Of a stretch of 64,000 nucleotides of DNA, positions 1 to 8,613 are shown in pieces. A model generated the notes under the pieces. It was given only the letters and a program-made list of their open reading frames with translations. It was not told the origin of the DNA and did not search any database. Made by a program: the position numbers and the translations under genes. Numbering within the stretch: position 1 is the first letter of the stretch; each line of letters opens with the position of its first letter. The DNA is from an uncultured Acidobacteriota bacterium (GTDB lineage: Bacteria; Acidobacteriota; UBA6911): assembly GCA_963839475.1 (NCBI GenBank), contig CAWIVH010000005.1:10357-74356 (forward strand). The letters are read 5' to 3'.

Positions 1-364
1 CCACTACTGCTCCCGATCCTACTGCCGAAAGGGCAACCGATCAATGGCAGTGAGTTGAGAATAGCGACTATGTCACAAATATGAGAAAGCCGCCGAATAA
101 AAGCCCGAGCACGATAGGTGTTGCAGGGATATTTCTCAAACCATAACGAATTCATATCCAATTCGCGCACGTTGTCCTAGTGCCATCGATGATGCGATGG
201 AGTAGGTAAATCAGCCAATGAGCAATTTTGTTCGGACGCCTGAGCAATGTGGAACTGACGGGCAAACGACTCCAAACATATTATTTTCCAGAGGTGCCGT
301 TAGCTGAGACGGAAGCATAAAGTGTTTCACTGATGCGGTTGTGATGAGTCAGTAGGAGGGTGTT

Positions 365-577
365 GTGGGCTCATGCAGTTTTGATCGTCTTTTGCAGTTG
401 ATCAACAAGCAGTTGGATCTGGATGGACAACTGGAGGTCTACGATCATCTGGACCGATGCGGTATCTGCCGAGATGCTGTTTGTCAGATTTCTCGCGATC
501 GGGATGAGGCATTTGTCATCTATCGCACATTCCGCGAGAAACCATCCATGCGCCGGCACCGCATCTACGCGACCTAA
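365..577 (+). CDS. small zf-HC2 (anti-sigma-type) zinc-finger protein
   Basis: 70 aa ORF (GTG start) after AGGAGG; HLDRCGIC fits the HxxxCxxC ZAS/zf-HC2 motif, preceded by an N-terminal Cys. Confidence 0.55.
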   Translation: MGSCSFDRLLQLINKQLDLDGQLEVYDHLDRCGICRDAVCQISRDRDEAFVIYRTFREKPSMRRHRIYAT

Positions 578-717
578 TTGCGCGAATCCAGGGTCACCGA
601 GACGGTAATTGGTTTCAACCGAATGACCACGCACGCGGCTGCACTTTGATCTCGCTTTCCGCAAACTCCTGTTCGACCTGCGAGATGACGGGGAGGGCAT
701 ACAGAAGAGAAGAACCT

Positions 718-1113
718 ATGCCGAAACAAAGAATACGCATCCTTTTAGTAGACGACACCGGCTTGATAAGGCAATCCCTTGCAGAATTGATTAACATAGA
801 ACCGGACATGGAGATCGTGGGCGAAGCATCTGACGGAATGGAGGCTCTAGAGTTGACTAAGCGGCTCCTCCCGGAAGTCGTAATCATGGATGTGAAAATG
901 CCGAGAATGAATGGGATAGAGGCGACGCGGGCCATTCATTCCGAATTTCCCTGCGTTCATGTCATCGGGTTTTCTGTGTTTGAAGCAGCAATGTATCACG
1001 AGGTCATGCGCCAGGCGGGAGCGGCAACAACTATTTCGAAGAGCGAACCATCGGAGGCGCTCTTTTCGGCGATACGCGAATGCCACCGTCTAGGAGCTCT
1101 ATCGGCGCAATAA
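718..1113 (+). CDS. single-domain response regulator (NarL-like receiver)
   Basis: RILLVDD, IMDVKMPRMNGIEAT, conserved Lys in ISKS; no output domain; ATG 718 chosen within ORF 646..1113. Confidence 0.85.
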   Translation: MPKQRIRILLVDDTGLIRQSLAELINIEPDMEIVGEASDGMEALELTKRLLPEVVIMDVKMPRMNGIEATRAIHSEFPCVHVIGFSVFEAAMYHEVMRQAGAATTISKSEPSEALFSAIRECHRLGALSAQ

Positions 1114-1270
1114 AGAACTGCGTCGCAGTTTTTCGGTCCAAAGCTGAGCCCACCTATTCGGTCCGCACCAAAGCGCTTTCCCCACTCGGCCCAGAGATCT
1201 GTCTAAAAGTAAATGGATTCGGCATCTTGAGTCCTGCCACAGGAGCGATTTATCGGGACCTCGAGCCTGG

Positions 1271-1441
1271 ATGAGCAGTAGATAAGACAAAAGGCAAGTT
1301 TCACGCGATCAAGGGGAGGGTGAAGGAGGAAGTAGGGAAAGTGACGAACAGGCCGGAATTGGAGGCTGAAAACAAAGATAAAAAAACACAGGAGACGTCC
1401 AGAAGAAAATCGGTGTGATAAAGAAAGTATTCGGAGAATGA
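1271..1441 (+). pseudogene. CsbD-like (UPF0337) stress protein, frameshifted or degenerate; absent from ORF track
   Basis: Frame at 1281 reads DKTKGKFHAIKGRVKEEVGKVTNRPELEAENKDKK; after the A7 run (1380-1386) another frame reads GDVQKKIGVIKKVFGE-stop, a typical CsbD pattern; no in-frame start codon. Confidence 0.65.
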
Positions 1442-1549
1442 TGAAGGCCGTATCCCGCAAAATCAGCCGGACAGCACGGAGGGATCCAAGTCGAGGTCCG
1501 GGGCTTTGATAGATGAAACCTTGGAGTACAATTACAAAAGGGAACGACT

Positions 1550-2605
1550 ATGGCATTTCTTGGAGAGATCCTCGAATCTAAAACCGCGGATGGCGAGCTT
1601 TTTGAACCGATCGGCGACGGTCGCCTACGCTGCTTCGCCTGCGGCCATTGCTGCCCAATCCCGGAAGGGGCCCAGGGTGTCTGCAAGGTGCGCTTCAACC
1701 GCAACGGCGTGCTCCGCGTGCCCTTCGGCTATGTTGCCGGCCTGCAGAATGATCCTATCGAGAAAAAACCGTTCTTTCACGTTTTGCCCGGCGCTTCTGC
1801 CCTTAGCTTCGGCATGCTGGGATGCGATCTTCACTGTGCCTATTGCCAAAATTGGGTGACGTCTCAGGCGCTTCGCGATCCGGCGGCGATCGCCTCCACG
1901 CGCCGTGCCTCGCCCGTGGACCTTGTTCAGATCGCATTACAGGAAGGCTCCAAAGTCCTCGTCAGCACCTACAATGAACCACTGATTACCGCTGAATGGG
2001 CCGTGGCCGTTTTCAAAGAGGCCAAACGCGCCGGCCTCCTGACCGGTTTTGTCTCGAACGGCAACGCCACCCCCCGGGTCCTGGATTACCTGCGCCCATG
2101 GTTGGATATTTACAAGGTGGACCTTAAATCGTTTGACGACCGGCGTTATCGACAACTGGGCGGGAGGCTCGAGCCGATTCTGGATTCGATCCGCAGAATT
2201 CACGCGAGCGGGTTATGGCTTGAAATCGTAACGCTCCTCGTTCCCGGCTTCAACGACGGAGGCGACGAATTATCCCGCCTGACCGAATTCATCGCCGGGT
2301 TGGATCCGGAAATCCCCTGGCACGTGACTGCTTTCCATCCCGACTATAAGATGACCGATCCCCGCAGGACTTCGGGCCGCGACTTGCTGGAAGCCGTTGA
2401 TATCGGCCGCGGAGCAGGGCTCCAATACATTTACGCCGGCAATTTGCCGGGCACACTGGACGGACTGGAAAACACCTGTTGCCCGAGGTGCCAGAACCTG
2501 ATCGTGGAGCGGCGCGGCTTCAGGGTCCTCCGGATGAATATTTCCTCAAATGGTTCCTGTCCTTCCTGCGCCCACCCGATCCCGGGTCGCTGGTCCACGC
2601 ACTGA
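1550..2605 (+). CDS. amrS: AmmeMemoRadiSam system radical SAM enzyme
   Basis: N-terminal CFACGHCC..CKVR, DPIEKKPFFH, GCDLHCAYCQN (CxxxCxxC), STYNEP, C-terminal CPRC..CPSC. Confidence 0.9.
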   Translation: MAFLGEILESKTADGELFEPIGDGRLRCFACGHCCPIPEGAQGVCKVRFNRNGVLRVPFGYVAGLQNDPIEKKPFFHVLPGASALSFGMLGCDLHCAYCQNWVTSQALRDPAAIASTRRASPVDLVQIALQEGSKVLVSTYNEPLITAEWAVAVFKEAKRAGLLTGFVSNGNATPRVLDYLRPWLDIYKVDLKSFDDRRYRQLGGRLEPILDSIRRIHASGLWLEIVTLLVPGFNDGGDELSRLTEFIAGLDPEIPWHVTAFHPDYKMTDPRRTSGRDLLEAVDIGRGAGLQYIYAGNLPGTLDGLENTCCPRCQNLIVERRGFRVLRMNISSNGSCPSCAHPIPGRWSTH

Positions 2606-2614
2606 TCCGTCCGG

Positions 2615-3385
2615 TCAGTACAGGGCGCCACAAGCCTGGAGCGATTTCCTGATGGAGCTGCAGAATTCCATGATCTGCGGATAAGTCGTCTTGTCCATCC
2701 TCCGCGGGCGAGGCAACTCAACCCGAATTTCATGCACGATCTTGCCCTCCGGGGAAAGGACAGCCACCCGGTCGGAAAGCTGAACCGCTTCGGTCATCAG
2801 TGAAGTGGTGAAAACAGTCGTGGTCGGCCGGGACTGGCTCAAACGCTGAAAATCATTGGACATCACTTCGCGTTCCATGGCATCGAGCCCGCAAAATGGG
2901 TCATCCATGAGGAGTGCGTCCGGGCTGTGAACCATAGCTCTGGCCATGGCCACCCGAACCTGCTGGGCCGGCGAAAGTTCACCCGGCTTCATGCTTTCCG
3001 TCCCTTCCATGCCCAGCATTACCAGCAACTGGCGCGCGCTATCCGTGAGCGACCTCGAATCCAACCTCCGGATCTCTCCCTGCAGCAAAACGTTTGCCAG
3101 CACGGATCTCCACGGCATCAGGGCCGGGGAAGAAAGCACTACCCCCATTTCCTTCTGCGCCGAAGTCACTTTCATGCCGCCCACAATAATTTCCCCTGAA
3201 ACCGGCTGCATCAGGCCTGCAATCAGCCGGATCAGCGTCGATTTCCCGCTGCCAGGGGGGCCAAGAACAGAAACGAACTCCCCCGGTCGGATTTCCAGGC
3301 TTACCGGTCCCCGGGCAACGCGTTGTCCCCGGCCTTTCAATTCAGGCCAGGAGACACCATGTATATTGATTTCTGCCGGAGGCAT
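2615..3385 (-). CDS. NitT/TauT-type ABC transporter ATP-binding protein (degenerate motifs)
   Basis: Walker A GPPGSGKST, LMPWRSVLANV, signature LSPAQ, Walker B LLMDDPF, C-terminal LPRPR; ATG 3385 chosen because the ORF extension to 3568 looks non-coding. Confidence 0.85.
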   Translation of the reverse strand: MPPAEINIHGVSWPELKGRGQRVARGPVSLEIRPGEFVSVLGPPGSGKSTLIRLIAGLMQPVSGEIIVGGMKVTSAQKEMGVVLSSPALMPWRSVLANVLLQGEIRRLDSRSLTDSARQLLVMLGMEGTESMKPGELSPAQQVRVAMARAMVHSPDALLMDDPFCGLDAMEREVMSNDFQRLSQSRPTTTVFTTSLMTEAVQLSDRVAVLSPEGKIVHEIRVELPRPRRMDKTTYPQIMEFCSSIRKSLQACGALY

Positions 3386-3599
3386 GTATGGACTCCAAGA
3401 ATTCAGAAGGAATATATTATGATAAATCTCACGGCAAATCCTACCGGATCCGTTTCGTGCACACAGAATAAAAAAACTGTTGGCAAATTCAGCCGCGGCA
3501 GGTAGCTTGCTAGCTGTTTTTTTTAATACCCAGTAATTCCAACGGATGGTTGTGAGGTAATATCGCAAAGCCCTTTCCGGGCATACTGGAGGATCGGAG

Positions 3600-4364
3600 A
3601 TGCAATTGCAGGCGGCATCACCCTATCTGGGAGAGATTATCGGAACGGCCATCCTGATCATTTTCGGTGGCGGCACCGTAGCCTGTGTCGCGCTTGCACG
3701 GAGCAAGGGCCAGAATGGCGGTTGGATTGTGGTGACAACAGGATGGGGACTGGGAGTGGCGATGGCGGCTTACTGCGTCGGCCGAATAAGCGGCGCCCAC
3801 CTGAACCCGGCGCTGACACTTGCCTTGGCGGCTATCGGCACCTTCTCTTGGAGCCTCGTGCCGGGATACATTGTCTCGCAATTGGTGGGGGCCTTCCTCG
3901 GCGGATGCATTGTATGGCTTTGCTACCTGCCGCACTGGAAAGAGACCGCCGACCCCGCTGCGAAGCTGGGCGTCTTCTCAACAGCACCGGCCATTCGAAA
4001 TACCCCGGCCAATCTGATGAGCGAGATCATAGGCACGGCAGTGCTGGTTTTCGGGATCCTGGCGATCGGGGCCAATGCGCAGGAATTGAAAGGAACCGGA
4101 GGACTCGACCTGTCGCTGGTTTTCAGCAAAGGGCTGAGCGCATTGCTCGTCGGTTTCCTTGTGTGGGCTATAGGCCTGGCGCTGGGAGGCCCGACGGGGT
4201 ATGCGATCAATCCTGCGCGCGATCTAGGGCCGAGGATTGCCCACGCACTGCTCCCCATTGCCGGCAAAGGGGACTCGGACTGGGGATACAGCTGGATTCC
4301 GATTGTGGGGCCGGTCGCAGGTGCTTTGCTTGGAGCCTTTCTCTTCAAGTTTGCGGGCTTTTGA
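3600..4364 (+). CDS. glpF: MIP family channel, glycerol uptake facilitator-like aquaglyceroporin
   Basis: Two NPA boxes (SGAHLNPALT, GYAINPARDLGPR), six hydrophobic segments, GGAG RBS. Confidence 0.9.
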   Translation: MQLQAASPYLGEIIGTAILIIFGGGTVACVALARSKGQNGGWIVVTTGWGLGVAMAAYCVGRISGAHLNPALTLALAAIGTFSWSLVPGYIVSQLVGAFLGGCIVWLCYLPHWKETADPAAKLGVFSTAPAIRNTPANLMSEIIGTAVLVFGILAIGANAQELKGTGGLDLSLVFSKGLSALLVGFLVWAIGLALGGPTGYAINPARDLGPRIAHALLPIAGKGDSDWGYSWIPIVGPVAGALLGAFLFKFAGF

Positions 4365-4399
4365 TCCATTGAAATACCGGCCGTCGTCACAGAAAGGAT

Positions 4400-5557
4400 T
4401 TGCCCGTGGCTACTAAGCGAATCGGCATCATCATGAACGGTGTAACCGGGAGAATGGGTACCAACCAGCACCTCGTCCGTTCTCTCCTTGCGATCCGCCA
4501 GGAGGGCGGTTTGCCGCTTCCGGGCGGGGACATCCTTGAACCGGATCCGGTGCTGGTCGGGCGGAATGCCCAAAAGCTCGAAGCGCTCGCGCAGAAATAC
4601 GGTATTGCCCGCTACAGCACCGATCTCGAACGCTGCCTGGCCGATCCCGGCGATTCCGTTTATTTTGATGCCCAGACCACAGCCCAGCGGGCGCCTGCAG
4701 TGCGAGCGGCGATTGCCGCCGGGAAACATATCTACTGTGAAAAGCCCGTGTCCGCCTCGCTGCACGAGTCCCTGGAACTTGCGAAACTCGCCCGCACCGC
4801 TGGAGTAAAAAACGGCGTCGTGCAGGACAAACTCTTCCTCCCGGGAATCATCAAACTGCGCCGGCTGATCGATGGGGGATTTTTCGGGAAGATACTTTCG
4901 GTTCGCGGGGAGTTCGGCTACTGGGTGTTCGAAGGCGACTGGCAGCCAGCCCAGCGCCCGTCATGGAACTATCGCAAGGAGGATGGCGGCGGCATCATTG
5001 TCGACATGTTCTGCCATTGGCGGTATGTCCTGGACCACCTCTTTGGCGGTGTGGAGTCAGTCTGCTGCCTGGGTGCTACCCATATCCCGGAGCGTGTAGA
5101 CGAGCAGGGACATTCCTATCAGGCCACAGCCGACGATGCGGCGTACGCGATGTTCATGCTCCACGACGGCGTGATCGCTCAGATGAATTCGTCCTGGGTA
5201 GTGCGGGTTTACAGGGATGATCTTCTGACCCTTCAGGTGGATGGCACCGAAGGAAGTGCTGTAGCCGGTTTGCGCACCTGCAAAGTGCAACATCGCAGCA
5301 TGACCCCAAAGCCGGTCTGGAATCCTGACATCCCTCAGCCCATTCGGTTCTTCGATACCTGGCAGGAAATCCCCGACAATGCGGTGTTTGGCAATGCCTT
5401 CCGCAGCCAGTGGGAACTCTTCCTGAAACATGTCGTCTGCGGTACGGCCTTCCCATGGGATTTGGTGGAGGGTGCCAAGGGACTGCAACTCGCGGAGCTC
5501 GGCCTGAAATCGTGGGAAGAACGACGCTGGCTGGACATTCCACAGTTGCCGGTCTGA
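4400..5557 (+). CDS. Gfo/Idh/MocA family oxidoreductase
   Basis: Rossmann start IGIIMNGVTGRMG, HIYCEKP motif, GGGIIVDMFCHW. Confidence 0.9.
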   Translation: MPVATKRIGIIMNGVTGRMGTNQHLVRSLLAIRQEGGLPLPGGDILEPDPVLVGRNAQKLEALAQKYGIARYSTDLERCLADPGDSVYFDAQTTAQRAPAVRAAIAAGKHIYCEKPVSASLHESLELAKLARTAGVKNGVVQDKLFLPGIIKLRRLIDGGFFGKILSVRGEFGYWVFEGDWQPAQRPSWNYRKEDGGGIIVDMFCHWRYVLDHLFGGVESVCCLGATHIPERVDEQGHSYQATADDAAYAMFMLHDGVIAQMNSSWVVRVYRDDLLTLQVDGTEGSAVAGLRTCKVQHRSMTPKPVWNPDIPQPIRFFDTWQEIPDNAVFGNAFRSQWELFLKHVVCGTAFPWDLVEGAKGLQLAELGLKSWEERRWLDIPQLPV

Positions 5558-5578
5558 AGAAACTGAAGGAGCTCTACG

Positions 5579-6406
5579 ATGCACCCGGCAGGCTCAGTAT
5601 CTCTTGAACGCCTCAGCCTGAACCAGTACACAACGCACCGGTGGTCGGTGCGCGAAGCCGTGGAAGGTTGCTCAAGGGCGGGGCTTGGTTCCATTGGCCT
5701 CTGGCGCGACAAGGTAAAGGCCCAAGGTTTGGAGGAAAGCGCCCGGATCTGCCGTGAAACAGGGATCAAGGTTTCCAGTCTATGCCGGGGAGGGATGTTC
5801 CCGGCCAATACCGAAAGCGAAAGGCAAGCGAAGATCGATGATAATCGCCGTGCCATCGATGAATGCGCCGCATTGAACAGCGATACCTTGGTGCTGGTTT
5901 GCGGCGGCCTCCATAGCCGCGATGTCGATTCGGCGAGACAAATGGTGGAGCAGGGAATCGCAACGATCGCCGATTACGCCCGCAGTCAAGGCGTAAAGCT
6001 TGGAATTGAGCCGCTGCATCCGATTTTCGCGGGTGACCGCTCGGTAGTGAACACCCTGGGACAGGCGCTCGATATCGCCGATCGGATCGGCCACCCCTCG
6101 GTCGGGGTCGTTGTCGATGTATATCACGTCTGGTGGGACCCTGATCTTTATGGGCAAATCGAGCGAGCTGGAAGCAGGATTTTCGGTTTCCACGTGAGCG
6201 ACTTTCTCGTGCCTCCACCTGATGTCCTTCTGGGCCGTGGAATGATGGGGGATGGGGTGATCGAGATCCGTCGCATCCGCACGGCGGTCGAAGCGGCGGG
6301 ATTCCAAGGTCCGATTGAATGCGAGATTTTCAACCGCGCCATCTGGGATTCGCCGGGAGACGCGGTTCTCACGCAGATGAAACGTCGGTTTATCGAATAC
6401 TGCTGA
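5579..6406 (+). CDS. sugar phosphate isomerase/epimerase (xylose isomerase-like TIM barrel)
   Basis: LGIEPLHP, VVVDVYHVWWD, GFHVSD, GDGVI, IECEIF metal-binding pattern. Confidence 0.88.
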   Translation: MHPAGSVSLERLSLNQYTTHRWSVREAVEGCSRAGLGSIGLWRDKVKAQGLEESARICRETGIKVSSLCRGGMFPANTESERQAKIDDNRRAIDECAALNSDTLVLVCGGLHSRDVDSARQMVEQGIATIADYARSQGVKLGIEPLHPIFAGDRSVVNTLGQALDIADRIGHPSVGVVVDVYHVWWDPDLYGQIERAGSRIFGFHVSDFLVPPPDVLLGRGMMGDGVIEIRRIRTAVEAAGFQGPIECEIFNRAIWDSPGDAVLTQMKRRFIEYC

Positions 6407-6468
6407 GGCGCAACCTGGTCCCACGCATATGGATACGGGGTTGCGGCTCCAGGATCGGAAATGGAACC

Positions 6469-7713
6469 ATGACAACTGATCCAGACAAAAACGTCCTTGA
6501 GCAGCCGGCCGCGGGGCTGGTTGGCCATCAGGTTTATGTCGCGCTGACTGCCTTCCTTGCGCTTTTCTCCATTGTGGGTTTTGCGCTCTATGGCCTGCCT
6601 TTTTTTTATGATTTCATGGTGCGCGAATTCGGCTGGACCCGCGCACAGGTGACCTCCGGAAACGCCTACAGCAAATTGGTGGTAGGTCCCGTTTTCGGTT
6701 TCCTTGCCGGATGGATCATCGATCGTTTCGGCCCCAGGCGCCTGATGCTCGTAGGGATATTGATGGCCGGCCTGGCTCTGATAGGATTGGGATCGATCTC
6801 TTCCCTCGGTTTCTTTTATTTCTTCTATCTATTCAATGCCCTGGGATATGTCTGCGGCGGGCCGCTCCCCAACCAGGTATTGCTGTCCCGCTGGTTTAAC
6901 CAGGCGCGAGGGAAAGCCATGGGTTTCGCATACCTCGGGATTGGAATCGGAGGGGCGATTGTTCCGCTTCTCGCCGCCTGGCTCATTCAGGGATTCGGCT
7001 GGCAGTCAGCGCTCAAGGCGCTTGGATGCCTGATGCTGGCGATTAGCTTTCCCATGGCTTTCTTTTTGAAAGAGGCCCCCCCGACCGGGGCGGGAACTCC
7101 AGCGAGAAAGGCCGAACCCGTGTTGATCGGGCCAGTATTCAAGTCCGGGGCGTTCTACCTGCTGGCAATCGGAAGCATGTGTTCGATCGGGGCGGTGGGC
7201 GGCACCATGCAGAATCTGAAGCTCTTCCTGAGCCTGGATCAGCATCTGCCTCAGGCCGCCAGCGCGCAGGTTGCCTCCCTCATTCTAGTAAGCAGCAGCG
7301 TCGGCAGGCTCTTGATGGGATGGATGGCGGACCGTTTCCCCAAGAAATACATCATGATCCTCATCTATGCCATTGTGGCAGGATCGATACCGCTTTTGTT
7401 CATTGCTTCTTCTCATGTGGCACTTTATGCCTTTGCGCTCATTTTCGGGATTGGCCTTGGCGGGGACTACATGATCATCCCGCTCATGGCCGCGGAGATT
7501 TTCGGCGTCAAGGTCCTCGGCCGGTTGATGGGGGTTGTGCTTACGGCTGACGGCGTGGCGGAGGCTTTGACCCCTCTTGTCGTTGCGGCTATCCGGGACC
7601 GGACGGCTTCCTACAGCGGTGGTTTCGTGTTGTTGATAGCCCTTGCAGCTACCGGGGCGCTGGCTGTCTCGTTCCTGCCCAATCGGCGAGGAGGTGCTCA
7701 AGAAAGGCAATGA
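6469..7713 (+). CDS. MFS transporter
   Basis: About 12 TM segments; motif A GWIIDRFGPRR and second GWMADRFPKK; ATG 6469 chosen. Confidence 0.9.
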   Translation: MTTDPDKNVLEQPAAGLVGHQVYVALTAFLALFSIVGFALYGLPFFYDFMVREFGWTRAQVTSGNAYSKLVVGPVFGFLAGWIIDRFGPRRLMLVGILMAGLALIGLGSISSLGFFYFFYLFNALGYVCGGPLPNQVLLSRWFNQARGKAMGFAYLGIGIGGAIVPLLAAWLIQGFGWQSALKALGCLMLAISFPMAFFLKEAPPTGAGTPARKAEPVLIGPVFKSGAFYLLAIGSMCSIGAVGGTMQNLKLFLSLDQHLPQAASAQVASLILVSSSVGRLLMGWMADRFPKKYIMILIYAIVAGSIPLLFIASSHVALYAFALIFGIGLGGDYMIIPLMAAEIFGVKVLGRLMGVVLTADGVAEALTPLVVAAIRDRTASYSGGFVLLIALAATGALAVSFLPNRRGGAQERQ

Positions 7714-8452
7714 TGGCGTAAAGACTCAACCCGATCAATCCCAGGAGAGTAAATGCCGCAAATACCATTGGCGTGTCCCTCTTAAATGCGGCGGCGAGCA
7801 TCAAGGACCCGAGGCCGGTTTCGGCTTGGGCGAACTCTCCCGCGGTGACTCCCACGACGGAGAGGGGAACAGCCGCTTTCAAAGCGGAAAGGACGCCGGG
7901 CAGGCTTGCCGGTACTCTCGCCTTGAGCATTATCTGGAAATCGGTCGCACCCATCATTTTCAGGGTTTCCTCCACCGGGACGGGAACCGATTGGAGGCCG
8001 GAAACGATTCCAATCATGATGGTCATGAAACTCAAAGCAAAGGCTATCAGAATTTCCGGTTTCATCCCGAAACCGAACCAGATGAAAATGACAGGAACAA
8101 GCAGGATCATAGGGGCCTGCCGTAAAGCCTGCAAAACCGGAAAGCTCACCCGATAGCCATGGGGAGTCATAACAAGGAGGACGGCGAGCGGAATTGCGAC
8201 CATCAGGGCAAGAAGGAAACCGCCCGTAATTTCAGCTGCAGATATCCAGGTATGAGCATTCAGCCGGGCGGCCTGCGAAGATATTTCCATGGCGATCCTT
8301 GCAGGTGTCGGCAGGACCTCCGGACGGATTTCCAGGATGCGGCCGGAGGCTTCCCAGAGGAGGATGAGCGAACCCGCGGCGAAAATCCAGGATGCCATGG
8401 GCCGCAAGCTCTTAAGAATCGACCCGTGGAGCGATGAGCCTCTCATCCCCAT
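7649..8452 (-). CDS. NitT/TauT-type ABC transporter permease
   Basis: LPTPARI, EAA-like loop EETLKMMGATDFQIMLKARVPASLP, GEFAQAETGLG. Confidence 0.88.
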   Translation of the reverse strand: MGMRGSSLHGSILKSLRPMASWIFAAGSLILLWEASGRILEIRPEVLPTPARIAMEISSQAARLNAHTWISAAEITGGFLLALMVAIPLAVLLVMTPHGYRVSFPVLQALRQAPMILLVPVIFIWFGFGMKPEILIAFALSFMTIMIGIVSGLQSVPVPVEETLKMMGATDFQIMLKARVPASLPGVLSALKAAVPLSVVGVTAGEFAQAETGLGSLMLAAAFKRDTPMVFAAFTLLGLIGLSLYAIIAFLEHLLADWAGTRQPAPR

Positions 8453-8613
8453 CTACTTGCTCCTTTCCCAGGCATCTCTCCGGAAACCTGACACGCTCGA
8501 CAGATTAAACCGCAAAGACCGTATAGAAAAATTGATGTAATCCCCAGGGGTCTTAGCGACCTTCGCGGTTCAAAAAGATCGCTGGCTCAATTGTCCAAAT
8601 CGGCTCAAAACAC

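Noticed and set aside
1-364. Possible gene or RNA at the window start (small hairpin CCATCG..CGATGG)
   Set aside because: No ORF of 60 aa or more and no recognisable RNA motif; context is truncated
3553-3564. 12-mer TGAGGTAATATC shared upstream of glpF and pgm (60104-60115)
   Set aside because: Not palindromic, different spacing to the start codon, and one 12-mer match among all upstream regions is plausible by chance
3386-3568. N-terminal extension of the ABC ATPase ORF (similar extensions at 6319, 44134, 51368 and 52720-53187)
   Set aside because: No family similarity; they overlap promoter DNA or other genes; downstream ATGs fit better
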